Below the pieces are notes generated by a model, which worked only from the letters and a program-made list of their open reading frames with translations, did not search any database and was not told the origin of the DNA. The position numbers were made by a program, and so were the translations under genes. This document shows positions 49,543-58,629 of a stretch of DNA of 64,000 bases, piece by piece (position 1 is the stretch's first letter; every line of letters starts with the position of its first letter). Origin of the DNA: Nitrospirota bacterium (GTDB taxonomy: Bacteria > Nitrospirota > Thermodesulfovibrionia > UBA6902 > JAJYJJ01); contig JAJYJJ010000008.1 in NCBI GenBank assembly GCA_021789595.1, forward strand, positions 25,403 through 89,402. Direction: 5' to 3'.

Positions 49543-51204
49543 CTACAGAACCATCCTTGGTCTATTGAGTTTTACATTGATGTTCCTTATCTTTCTTATG
49601 TAATCAATGACAATATCATATACAGGCGGCCCTGGCTGCTCTACCATGGATGCCCAACCTGCCATTGTGTATTCCTTGTCAGGCTCAACCGATTTACCTC
49701 GAACCTTTAAATCCTGTATCCTGCTGCCCATTTTTTCGTTTACCTTGATAGTAAAACTAAGTCCCCTTGACCTCACCATATCTCCACCCTGCTGTTCATA
49801 TGGGTCAGGGTTAAGGAGATTGTCTGCTACATCCTCCAATATATCCTTTAATGCGCTGCCCTTGACTGAGGTCTTATATGTATTCGGATATGTAATAGCA
49901 GTCTCAGAATAAACATCATCGGCTGTTATAGGGCCGGGAAGTATTGTCCTTCCCCATCTAAATCCTGGTGAAAGGGCAATCTCTGTATCATAATGGTTAA
50001 TCAGGGCATCGCATATCAAATCATCAAAGGTGCCATCCAGGTTTCCCCTACGGTAAAGTATAGTTTCTGTATGTCCTATCACCTCATCCAGTTTTTCTTT
50101 GTATGGGCTCCGTATCTCATCTACAAGCTTTGCCATATCATGGTCTGGATCTATCATGGTGGACATGACAGGTATGAGCCTGAATGAATACCCCGTTATC
50201 TGCCTTCCTTTTACTTCAAGGTCCAGCCTTGAGACGAATTTTCCATAACAGCCAGAATTAATAACAAGGGTTTTACCCACTATGAACGGTTTTGGCACGC
50301 CGTCATGGGTATGACCACCCAGAACCACATCGATCCCCTTTACCCTTCTTGCCATCTTTTTGTCCACATCCATACCGTTATGGGAAATAACGATAACAAG
50401 GTCAACCTTTTTGGACATTACCTCATCCACGATTTTCTGCAGGTGATCGTCTTTAATCCCGAACGACCAGTTGGGTATAAATCTCCTCGGATTCGCTATC
50501 GGAGTATATGGGAATGCCTGACCTATAACCGCAACAGTCACCCCATTAACAGTTTTTATAACATATGGTTTAAATAGAGGGTCGCCCCATGTGGCATCAT
50601 TAACATTCTGGGCAATAAACGGGAAGTTCATTTTTTTTATCAACTCAAGAATACGTTTTTCCCCATATGTAAACTCCCAGTGACCAGTCATCGCATCACA
50701 GCCAAGATTGTTTATAGCCCTTACCATGTCCTCGCCCCTTGTCCAGAGGCTTGTGGCAGAACCCTGAAGGGTATCACCTCCATCTATATGTAGTACCTTA
50801 TTAGCTCTTTCTGCCCGTATCCTCTTTATCAGTGTGGCAATATGGGCAAAACCACCCATCTTTCCATATTCCTTTGCAAGGGTCGAAAAGTCGTCATAGG
50901 TATATGCATATGCCTCAATGGTATCTGGCTTATATCCATAATATCTCAAGAAATCTCTGCCAGTTAGATGTGGTGGCTGTCCTTTGTCTTCGCCTACCCC
51001 GATGTTGGTATCAGGTTCTCTGTAATAGATAGGAACAAGCTGTGCATGTGCATCAGTTGTATGTATTAGTGTGATGTTACCAGTTGTATTGAATCTGAAA
51101 AGATTCTCAGGGGTTAGGCTCTTTGCAAGGGCTACTGGTGATGCAGCAGCAGCTCCAGCAGCAAGGGTAAGCATCTGTATAAATTCCCGTCTTGTAATGC
51201 TCAT
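49543..51204 (-). CDS. soxB: thiosulfohydrolase SoxB
   Basis: Tat signal ITRREFIQMLTLAAGAAAA, a metallophosphoesterase plus 5'-nucleotidase C-domain layout, and position adjacent to soxYZ. Confidence 0.88.
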   Translation of the reverse strand: MSITRREFIQMLTLAAGAAAASPVALAKSLTPENLFRFNTTGNITLIHTTDAHAQLVPIYYREPDTNIGVGEDKGQPPHLTGRDFLRYYGYKPDTIEAYAYTYDDFSTLAKEYGKMGGFAHIATLIKRIRAERANKVLHIDGGDTLQGSATSLWTRGEDMVRAINNLGCDAMTGHWEFTYGEKRILELIKKMNFPFIAQNVNDATWGDPLFKPYVIKTVNGVTVAVIGQAFPYTPIANPRRFIPNWSFGIKDDHLQKIVDEVMSKKVDLVIVISHNGMDVDKKMARRVKGIDVVLGGHTHDGVPKPFIVGKTLVINSGCYGKFVSRLDLEVKGRQITGYSFRLIPVMSTMIDPDHDMAKLVDEIRSPYKEKLDEVIGHTETILYRRGNLDGTFDDLICDALINHYDTEIALSPGFRWGRTILPGPITADDVYSETAITYPNTYKTSVKGSALKDILEDVADNLLNPDPYEQQGGDMVRSRGLSFTIKVNEKMGSRIQDLKVRGKSVEPDKEYTMAGWASMVEQPGPPVYDIVIDYIRKIRNINVKLNRPRMVL

Positions 51205-51224
51205 CTCATCGAGGTCCTCACTAT

Positions 51225-51560
51225 TTATTTTGGGTTAATCTGGACTGTCTCTTCCCAAACACCACCCTTATTATCCTTATAGACTATTTTAAGGGGAGCA
51301 GCCTTGTCAGCCTTTATATAGAAGGCCATAAAAGGGTTTGCACTTACAGCATATGTCCAGTCACAGTGTGTTATATGTGTCCCCCCATAATAAACATCCA
51401 CAGCGTTTATATAGTGTGCAGGGATAATCTGACCAGTCTTCTTATCCTTTATTAGTCCTGTATCCATTGGATGGGTGATCAGGGCTTTTATAGAAATTAC
51501 TTCCCCTTTTGAAATTGACTGAGGTATCCTTACCTTAATTCTTCCTATTCCTTCTGCCAT
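51225..51560 (-). CDS. soxZ: sulfur carrier complex subunit SoxZ
   Basis: 111 aa (IKVR.P....GEV..IKALI.HPM.TG). Follows soxY. Confidence 0.85.
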   Translation of the reverse strand: MAEGIGRIKVRIPQSISKGEVISIKALITHPMDTGLIKDKKTGQIIPAHYINAVDVYYGGTHITHCDWTYAVSANPFMAFYIKADKAAPLKIVYKDNKGGVWEETVQINPK

Positions 51561-51607
51561 ATTGACTCCTTTTGTATTGTTTCTTTTCAGATTTTTAATT
51601 GAGTTGA

Positions 51608-52105
51608 CTAACCGCCGCAGCCTCCTATGGTTACCTTGACCGATCTGATGGCCCCATACAATTGTCCTTTATTTGTTTCAACAATGGCACGGACATTTGA
51701 TGTCTTTCTCATCTTGATCCTCAACTCAAATGCGGCTTTTCCATTAGCAGGAGTCAGGTCAATACTCGCTATATATGGGTTGAGGTTGCCGTCAACAAAG
51801 ATATACATCTTTTTCACATAATTGTTTGTCTCCATCGGTAAATCAGATGTAATCATTATAGGAACAACAGCGCCATTTTCTGCAATTATCGGAGCCCTAA
51901 GGTCTACATGCGACACCTCAATATGACGGTTACCAAAGTATTTTTTCAAAACATCATTGATGTTCTCCTCCTTAAGTTCCGCAGCAAAGGCAGGTTTAAG
52001 CAGTGACGGCAGAGAGCCGCTCATTAAAAGCGCTGTACATGTAACACCTGTTGTCTTAATAAACTGTCTCCTCGAAAGAATCATATTTTTCCTATTTTCC
52101 TTCAT
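51608..52105 (-). CDS. soxY: sulfur carrier protein SoxY
   Basis: Tat signal SRRQFIKTTG and the diagnostic C-terminal GGCGG. Confidence 0.9.
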   Translation of the reverse strand: MKENRKNMILSRRQFIKTTGVTCTALLMSGSLPSLLKPAFAAELKEENINDVLKKYFGNRHIEVSHVDLRAPIIAENGAVVPIMITSDLPMETNNYVKKMYIFVDGNLNPYIASIDLTPANGKAAFELRIKMRKTSNVRAIVETNKGQLYGAIRSVKVTIGGCGG

Positions 52106-52141
52106 AGAAACTTCCTCCTATCCTCTATCCCAAAATGACAG

Positions 52142-52585
52142 TTACGGCCTGACATACGACCATCTCTTTTCCTGTTTTTCCATGATCTCCAGAACACCTG
52201 CCTGGGCAACTGAAACACCTTTGACGAGGTCTTCTTTCGAAACCTTAAGTGTCTTCATTGTGTTACCGCAGGCAACAAAGTGAACCCCATACAACTGCAT
52301 ACTCGATACCCTGTCTCTGAATGCCTCATTTTTCTGCAGGAGTAGATGAAGGCCTGGCCCGTAAGCGACAATCTCCACCTCAACATTATCCTGACCGAGA
52401 GCCTTAATGACATTCATGGCGTTATTGAGGGCGAGATTCATAGTTTTTGGATTATCATCGCTTACCTGGATTAAAAGCCGATGTTTTATACCGTCCTCTG
52501 CAACTACCTGTTTAACACCTGGGAACATTATCAAGAAAACCGCAATCATCAATAAAATTAAGCTCGTTCTCTTCATCTTTTTCAT
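52142..52585 (-). CDS. secreted DsrE/DsrF-like family protein
   Basis: Signal peptide and a DsrE-like fold pattern (LLIQVSDDNP...VEIVAYGPG...FVACGNTM). Confidence 0.7.
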   Translation of the reverse strand: MKKMKRTSLILLMIAVFLIMFPGVKQVVAEDGIKHRLLIQVSDDNPKTMNLALNNAMNVIKALGQDNVEVEIVAYGPGLHLLLQKNEAFRDRVSSMQLYGVHFVACGNTMKTLKVSKEDLVKGVSVAQAGVLEIMEKQEKRWSYVRP

Positions 52586-52600
52586 TCCTCCTTTTATGAT

Positions 52601-53092
52601 TTATTGAACCTTTATATAGGCAAAGCCTTTATCATGGAGTTCTACAACCCTCACCTGTCCGGAAGGTATAATACTGACAAAAGGTTCAAGTTTAGTCTTT
52701 TCGATCTTCATTCTATTCAATGTTATATTACACTGCTCGAACTTGACACCATAGCCGTCTACCAGGCTCTTCATCATCTCATCTGTATGTTTCGCCTGTT
52801 TTTCTTCAATCTTTTTGGATTCGAACTTTGTCCCCTTACGGTCCTTTAAAAGGAACTGGACGCACGCCCCGTTAGCAACTACCCTTACATCATAAGAAAC
52901 ATTATGTGTTGTGTAATAATCGACAAGGTTATAGATATTGGTTAGCATGTCATTAAACCTGCTGTCATCTCCAAAGTCACAGTGATAAACAACCTTTTCT
53001 TCTTTTTCCTCTGCCTTACTCATTGATGGGACGAGAAGAATCGCTAAGCTAAGACATACGATTGAAACCTTTAGAAAACCTCCCCATTTCAT
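52601..53092 (-). CDS. secreted DsrE-like family protein (divergent paralogue)
   Basis: Signal peptide and a layout similar to 52142..52585 (VVYHCDFGD...VRVVANGACV...FEQCNITL). Confidence 0.55.
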   Translation of the reverse strand: MKWGGFLKVSIVCLSLAILLVPSMSKAEEKEEKVVYHCDFGDDSRFNDMLTNIYNLVDYYTTHNVSYDVRVVANGACVQFLLKDRKGTKFESKKIEEKQAKHTDEMMKSLVDGYGVKFEQCNITLNRMKIEKTKLEPFVSIIPSGQVRVVELHDKGFAYIKVQ

Positions 53093-53135
53093 AATCTCCC
53101 CCTTCTGCTTCTTATTTAAGACACCTAAAGGGTGC

Positions 53136-53549
53136 CTACCTGCTAATGCAGTCGTTATTCTTACATTTTACTCCACTTACATAATTACAAAGCAGGTCAT
53201 TAAAATCATCTCTTGTTACAGCACCTGGAATCCTTAATAATTCCTTCCCTTGAGCACTGAGAAATATAACCGTAGGGGTTCCTCTGATCCCATATTTCTT
53301 TGCAAGCTCACTACCCGTTAAGCCTTCCCCTTTTATCCTTTCCACCCCATGGACGTCTATTTTTAGAACATTGGTGTCTTGCTGAAGAATGCCTCTTATG
53401 GATGGATCATTTAGAACATTATCCATAAGCGCACACCAGTTGCATCCTTTTTCATAGAAATACATAAGCTTTATATCCGCAGCACCAGCTACCGAAGTGA
53501 AAATCAGACCAAGAAATAATATGGATACAAAAAATAATCGCCTCATCAT
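53136..53549 (-). CDS. periplasmic thioredoxin-fold protein (SoxW-like)
   Basis: Signal peptide, a CNWC redox motif and GTPT (cis-Pro region). Confidence 0.75.
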   Translation of the reverse strand: MMRRLFFVSILFLGLIFTSVAGAADIKLMYFYEKGCNWCALMDNVLNDPSIRGILQQDTNVLKIDVHGVERIKGEGLTGSELAKKYGIRGTPTVIFLSAQGKELLRIPGAVTRDDFNDLLCNYVSGVKCKNNDCISR

Positions 53550-53560
53550 GGTTTTTATAG

Positions 53561-53576
53561 AGCAAAATACATGCCA
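53561..53576 (-). promoter_or_regulatory. sigma-54 promoter TGGCATGTATTTTGCT upstream of the sox operon
   Basis: Near-consensus with exact spacing on the minus strand. The -12 GC lies only 13 nt before the ATG at 53549, implying a very short leader. Confidence 0.55.
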
Positions 53577-53723
53577 TAAGATTACTTCAAAAAAGTGGAT
53601 TATTGTTCATTTTGGTACAATTCCTCATTATTCAATGTTCGATTATGTCCCACTGGATGGGCTTAGATTTGGGTATAAAACAGGCGTTGATTTTTATACT
53701 ATATAGGGCATAAAATTAATCTT

Positions 53724-54623
53724 ATGGTTATAGAGGCATATCTTGAAGCCAAAAGGAAGGAGGTTGATGCCTTTCTTGAGAGTATCCTGAGAGGGGATAA
53801 TATAGTGAAGGGGGATTGCCCTGGTGTGCTCAGGGATGCAATGAATTACTCTATCTTTGCTGGCGGTAAGAGGATCAGGCCTATCCTTGCTATTGCATCC
53901 TATGAGGCGGTTGGGGGGCAATCAACAACCATACTCCCTGTGGCATCAGCACTTGAACTTATACACACTTATTCCTTGATCCATGATGACCTCCCTGCGA
54001 TGGACAATGACGACCTGAGAAGGGGGAGGCCAACAAGCCATAAGGTCTTTGGCGAGGCGGTTGCTATCCTTGCCGGTGATGCCCTTTTAACAGAGGCATT
54101 CCACCTTTTGGTCAGTGAGGGACTTGATCGTGTATCCCCTGATACAAGGATACGATTAATCAGGGAGATCGCTGATGCATCAGGGGCATGCGGCATGGTT
54201 GGAGGACAGACCGTTGACATCCTATCAGAGGGGAAGGGACCAGATAAGAATATCCTGTATTACATCCATACCAAAAAGACAGGTGCCCTGATAAAGGCAT
54301 CTGTAAGGGTTGGTGCTATACTTGCGGGGGCATCTGATGATGAACTCTATGCACTTACTAAATACGGTGAGGCAATGGGCCTTGCCTTTCAGATAGTGGA
54401 TGACATCCTTAATGTCACAGGGACCAAAGAGGAGATCGGCAAGTCCGTTGGCTCTGATTTTAGCAAGGGGAAAAAGACATACCCTGGCATCTACGGCCTT
54501 GAGGAATCTATTAACAAGGCAGGCTCTTTGACAGACTCTGCAATAGATTCTATTAGAATCCTGGGTGAAAGTGCAGAATCCCTCAGGGAGATTGCACGGT
54601 ATATAGTAAGGAGAAGGAGTTAA
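53724..54623 (+). CDS. ispA: polyprenyl (farnesyl/geranylgeranyl) diphosphate synthase
   Basis: DDLPAMDNDDLRRG and FQIVDDILN aspartate-rich motifs. Confidence 0.9.
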   Translation: MVIEAYLEAKRKEVDAFLESILRGDNIVKGDCPGVLRDAMNYSIFAGGKRIRPILAIASYEAVGGQSTTILPVASALELIHTYSLIHDDLPAMDNDDLRRGRPTSHKVFGEAVAILAGDALLTEAFHLLVSEGLDRVSPDTRIRLIREIADASGACGMVGGQTVDILSEGKGPDKNILYYIHTKKTGALIKASVRVGAILAGASDDELYALTKYGEAMGLAFQIVDDILNVTGTKEEIGKSVGSDFSKGKKTYPGIYGLEESINKAGSLTDSAIDSIRILGESAESLREIARYIVRRRS

Positions 54624-54624
54624 T

Positions 54625-56505
54625 ATGCTTGAATCTGTAAAAAAGCCATCGGATATAAGGCATCTTGATATAAGACAATTAAATGCCCTTGCACAGGAGA
54701 TAAGGGATGTAATTGTGGAGAGGGTATCTCTCAATGGAGGACATCTGGCATCAAACCTTGGAGTTATTGAGTTGACCATTGCCCTTCATTATGCCTTTGA
54801 ATCACCTATGGACAGGATAATATGGGATGTCGGACATCAGAGCTATGCACACAAGCTCCTTACAGGCAGATATGGCGAATTTTATACCCTCAGGAAATAT
54901 GGTGGTATTTCTGGTTTTCCGAGGATGAATGAGAGCGAACACGATGCCTTTGGCACAGGACACAGTTCTACATCCATATCTGCTTCCCTCGGGATACTTG
55001 CAGCACTCAGGCATAAAGAGAAAGGCCACAAGGTGGTTGCTGTTATAGGCGATGGGGCAATGACTGCAGGTCTTGCCTTTGAGGGCTTGAACCATGCAGG
55101 CCATTTGAAGAAGGACTTAATAGTTGTGCTCAACGACAACGATATGTCCATATCCTCCAATGTCGGAGCACTCTCCGCATATCTTAACAAGATGATGACG
55201 GGAGACCTCTATACGAGGTTCAGGAAGGAGACAAAGTCCATCCTCGGCGGCATTCCAAAGTTTGGCGAATCAATGGTAAAAATGGCAAAGAAGGCAGAGG
55301 GCAGCATCAAGGGGTTTCTCACACCGGGTGCACTCTTTGAGGAACTCGGATTTAAATACATAGGCCCGATAGATGGCCACAGGATAGATTTTCTAATTGA
55401 TGTCTTCAGAAGGATGAAGGCATACGACCGTCCTGTTCTTATACATGTGGTAACAAAAAAGGGCAAGGGCTACAGCCCTGCTGAGAAAAACCCATGCCTG
55501 TTCCACGGCATAGGTCCCTTTGATATAGAGACAGGCATACCAAAGGGGATTTCCAATGTACCAACATTCAGCGAGGTCTTCGGCAAAACCCTGACAGGCC
55601 TTGCAATGGAAGACAAAAGGATTATAGCCATAACCGCAGCAATGACAGATGGCACAGGTCTCGAAACCTTTGCAAGGACATTTCCTGACAGGTTCTATGA
55701 TGTGGGCATTGCAGAGCAGCATGCTGTTACATTTGCTGCAGGCCTTGCCAGTCATGGGATGAGACCTGTAGTTGCCATATATTCTACCTTTCTTCAGAGG
55801 GCATACGATGAACTGATACACGATGTATGTCTTCAGAACCTGTCTGTTGTTTTTGCAATTGACAGGGCTGGTATTGTCGGAGACGATGGGCCCACACATA
55901 ATGGGACATTTGATCTTTCATACCTGAGGCATATACCGAATATGGTTGTCATGTCGCCAAAGGATGAAAACGAGTTGAGACACATGCTCAGGACAGCAAT
56001 AGAGCATAACGGCCCATCTGCTATAAGATACCCGAGGGGAAGGGTGCTTGGCATTACAATGGATGAAGAGATAAAGACCATTCCAATTGGGCTCTCCGAG
56101 GTGATGGAGGAAGGAGATGACCTGCTTATTGTTGCCATAGGGAATATGCTCTATCCTGCCTTGAAGGCATCAGAGATATTGAAGTCGAATGGCATTTCAG
56201 CAACGGTTTTAAATGCAAGGTTTGTAAAACCCATTGATAAGGAACTGATCGGGTCTCTTGCTAAAAAGATACGACTTATTATAACGGTAGAGGAAAATTC
56301 CCTCCAGGGTGGTTTTGGAAGTGCTATTATCGAATACCTTTCAGAGCTTGATATCGATGGGCTCCGCATCAAGCGTATAGGCCTGCCGGATAGCTTTATA
56401 GAACAGGGTCCTCAGTCTATCTTAAGAAAAAGATACGGGCTTGACCCTGATGGGATTGTAAGTGCAGCCCTATCCCTCTTGCGATTAAAAGGAATACCCC
56501 GATAG
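54625..56505 (+). CDS. dxs: 1-deoxy-D-xylulose-5-phosphate synthase
   Basis: 626 aa with GHLASNLG, GDGAMTAG (ThDP motif) and AEQHAVTFAAG. Confidence 0.95.
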   Translation: MLESVKKPSDIRHLDIRQLNALAQEIRDVIVERVSLNGGHLASNLGVIELTIALHYAFESPMDRIIWDVGHQSYAHKLLTGRYGEFYTLRKYGGISGFPRMNESEHDAFGTGHSSTSISASLGILAALRHKEKGHKVVAVIGDGAMTAGLAFEGLNHAGHLKKDLIVVLNDNDMSISSNVGALSAYLNKMMTGDLYTRFRKETKSILGGIPKFGESMVKMAKKAEGSIKGFLTPGALFEELGFKYIGPIDGHRIDFLIDVFRRMKAYDRPVLIHVVTKKGKGYSPAEKNPCLFHGIGPFDIETGIPKGISNVPTFSEVFGKTLTGLAMEDKRIIAITAAMTDGTGLETFARTFPDRFYDVGIAEQHAVTFAAGLASHGMRPVVAIYSTFLQRAYDELIHDVCLQNLSVVFAIDRAGIVGDDGPTHNGTFDLSYLRHIPNMVVMSPKDENELRHMLRTAIEHNGPSAIRYPRGRVLGITMDEEIKTIPIGLSEVMEEGDDLLIVAIGNMLYPALKASEILKSNGISATVLNARFVKPIDKELIGSLAKKIRLIITVEENSLQGGFGSAIIEYLSELDIDGLRIKRIGLPDSFIEQGPQSILRKRYGLDPDGIVSAALSLLRLKGIPR

Positions 56506-56573
56506 TAAAGACACGGATAGACAAACTGCTTGTTGATAGAGGCCTTTTAGAAAGCAGACAAAAGGCAAGGGCA

Positions 56574-57236
56574 ATGATCATGGCAGGCAATATCATTGTA
56601 GATGGTCAGAGGATAGACAAGGCAGGCAGCCTTGTGGATGAGGGGGCACTGATAAGCATTGTCCAGGAGATGCCCTATGTAGGTCGTGGGGGGCTTAAGC
56701 TTGAGGCCGCCATCAGGGAGTTCAATATAGATGTAGGAGATAAGGTTGTGATGGATATAGGCGCATCCACTGGAGGATTTACTGATTGTCTTATCCAGCA
56801 CGGTGCAAAAAGGGTTTATGCCATTGATGTTGGCTATGGGCAGCTCCACTGGAGGCTGAGAAATGACCCGAGGATTATTCTTATGGAAAAGACGAATATA
56901 AGGCATCTTTCAGCGGATAAAATACCTGAGAAGGTTGATATGGTAACCATAGATGTCTCTTTTATATCGCTCACAAAGGTCCTGCCAAAGGTTATGGATT
57001 TTATCAGGGATAAAGGAGAGGTCATTGCCCTCATAAAGCCACAGTTTGAGGTTGGAAAAGGCGAGGTTGGAAAGGGCGGAGTGGTAAAGGATGAGGGGAA
57101 AAGGGTAAGGGTGCTGGAGGCTATAAAGATAGTTGCCAGAGGGATAGGGCTTGATGTGATTGGAATTATGCAGTCCCCGATTAAAGGACCAAAGGGGAAT
57201 ATAGAATATCTGATTTACCTCAGAAATATAGTATAA
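56574..57236 (+). CDS. tlyA: TlyA-family rRNA 2'-O-methyltransferase; the true start probably lies upstream at a non-canonical codon
   Basis: DIGASTGGFTD SAM motif. S4-domain-like sequence (RIDKLLVDRGLLESRQKARAMI) continues in frame upstream of the tracked ATG. Confidence 0.85.
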   Translation: MIMAGNIIVDGQRIDKAGSLVDEGALISIVQEMPYVGRGGLKLEAAIREFNIDVGDKVVMDIGASTGGFTDCLIQHGAKRVYAIDVGYGQLHWRLRNDPRIILMEKTNIRHLSADKIPEKVDMVTIDVSFISLTKVLPKVMDFIRDKGEVIALIKPQFEVGKGEVGKGGVVKDEGKRVRVLEAIKIVARGIGLDVIGIMQSPIKGPKGNIEYLIYLRNIV

Positions 57237-57250
57237 TCTATCAAAGAGAT

Positions 57251-57946
57251 ATGGAAGAGACAAAACTTATAGCCCTTGACCTATCACTTCTGTCAGAAGA
57301 GGTAATAGAGACCCTTATCGAGGATGCAACTGTAGAGCCACAGTTCTTTACAGAGCTTGCTGGTGCTAATATCCATAGGCCCAAAGTGCTTGAGCTTCTG
57401 CTCAGACATAACAACACCCCTGCTACAGCAAAGGAATCTATTGCCAGAATGCTTCGTGTGCCTGTTCCAGCGGGAGTCATAGAGGAACAGGTTACAGGTG
57501 AAGAAAGGTTATATAAGAAAGAGAGGGAAAGGGTTGAAACCCTTCTTCAAAGGATACAGAGAATGAATGTTGCTGAGAGGATTCAGCTTGCCTTGAGGGG
57601 CGGTAAGGAGATAAGGAATATCCTCCTTAAGGATTCAAACAGAGAGGTGATGCTTTCAGTCCTGGAAAATCCAAAGCTCACAGATACAGAGATAGAGCTG
57701 ATTGCGAGGTCAAGGAATATCTCAGATGATGCGCTGAGGATAATCTCAAAAAACAGGGAATGGATGAAGAATTATTCGATTGTAATTGCACTTGTGACCA
57801 ATCCCAAGACGCCTCCTGGCATTTCCCTTAACTACATGAGCTCATTAAAAGCGAATGACCTCAGGCTTCTTGAAAAGAACAGGAATGTCCCTGAGATAAT
57901 AAGGTCGGCAGCAAAGAGATTGACATCTGGAAGGAGGTCTATGTAG
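57251..57946 (+). CDS. hypothetical helical-repeat protein
   Basis: 231 aa with repeated ...NPK(L/T)... helical units. No confident family. Confidence 0.6.
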   Translation: MEETKLIALDLSLLSEEVIETLIEDATVEPQFFTELAGANIHRPKVLELLLRHNNTPATAKESIARMLRVPVPAGVIEEQVTGEERLYKKERERVETLLQRIQRMNVAERIQLALRGGKEIRNILLKDSNREVMLSVLENPKLTDTEIELIARSRNISDDALRIISKNREWMKNYSIVIALVTNPKTPPGISLNYMSSLKANDLRLLEKNRNVPEIIRSAAKRLTSGRRSM

Positions 57947-57948
57947 TT

Positions 57949-58629
57949 TTGGAAGACCTTTATGAGGTTCTCGGCTTAAAGAGGGACGCTACCATAAGCG
58001 ACATAAAACAGGCATACAGAAGGCTTGTCAAGCAATACCATCCTGATAGTACCTTTGGAAAAGACAATCCAGGGACTGCCGCAGAGAGATTCCAGCAGAT
58101 ACAAAAGGCATATAAGACATTAAGCGATGAAGAAAGTAGAAGGGCATATGATTCTGCAGGGTTTAGCCCTATAGAACAATGGGAGCAGGCCGGGTCGCAC
58201 AAACAGAGGGCGGTGGGATTCTACAAAAGGGGCAGGGAGACATATAAATCAGGGAATTATGAGAAGGCCATAAATATGTTTCATACAGCAGTCAACCTTG
58301 CCCCTGAAAATCCCCTTTATTGTAGCTGGCTCGGTGTTTCTCTATCCACCCAGAAGGACAGGCTGCATGATGCGAGGCTGTGGTGTGAGAGGGCTGTAAA
58401 ATTAGCCCCGTATAACTCCGATTATCTTGTTAATCTTGCCCTTGTTTATAAGGAAGCTGGATTACGGGCAATGACCATCAGGTATCTCAAAGAGGCCATG
58501 AGATGGAATCCGAAGAACAGGAGGGCAGTCAAATGGCTGGATGAGCTTGCAGAGGAGACAGAGACCGGAGATAAAGGGGAAGGGCTTGTAAGGGGTTTGA
58601 AGAAAATCTTCGGGATATTCAGAAAATGA
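57949..58629 (+). CDS. J-domain (DnaJ-like) protein with TPR repeats
   Basis: DLYEVLGL....IKQAYRRLVKQYHPD J-domain with the HPD motif, plus C-terminal TPR-like repeats. Confidence 0.8.
   Translation: MEDLYEVLGLKRDATISDIKQAYRRLVKQYHPDSTFGKDNPGTAAERFQQIQKAYKTLSDEESRRAYDSAGFSPIEQWEQAGSHKQRAVGFYKRGRETYKSGNYEKAINMFHTAVNLAPENPLYCSWLGVSLSTQKDRLHDARLWCERAVKLAPYNSDYLVNLALVYKEAGLRAMTIRYLKEAMRWNPKNRRAVKWLDELAEETETGDKGEGLVRGLKKIFGIFRK

Noticed and set aside
53131-53142. GTGCCTACC match to the tRNA-Val 3' end as the right-hand att repeat of an island
   Set aside because: Only 9 nt match. It lies 45 kb away across housekeeping genes, inside the 3' flank of the thioredoxin gene. It is most likely coincidence.
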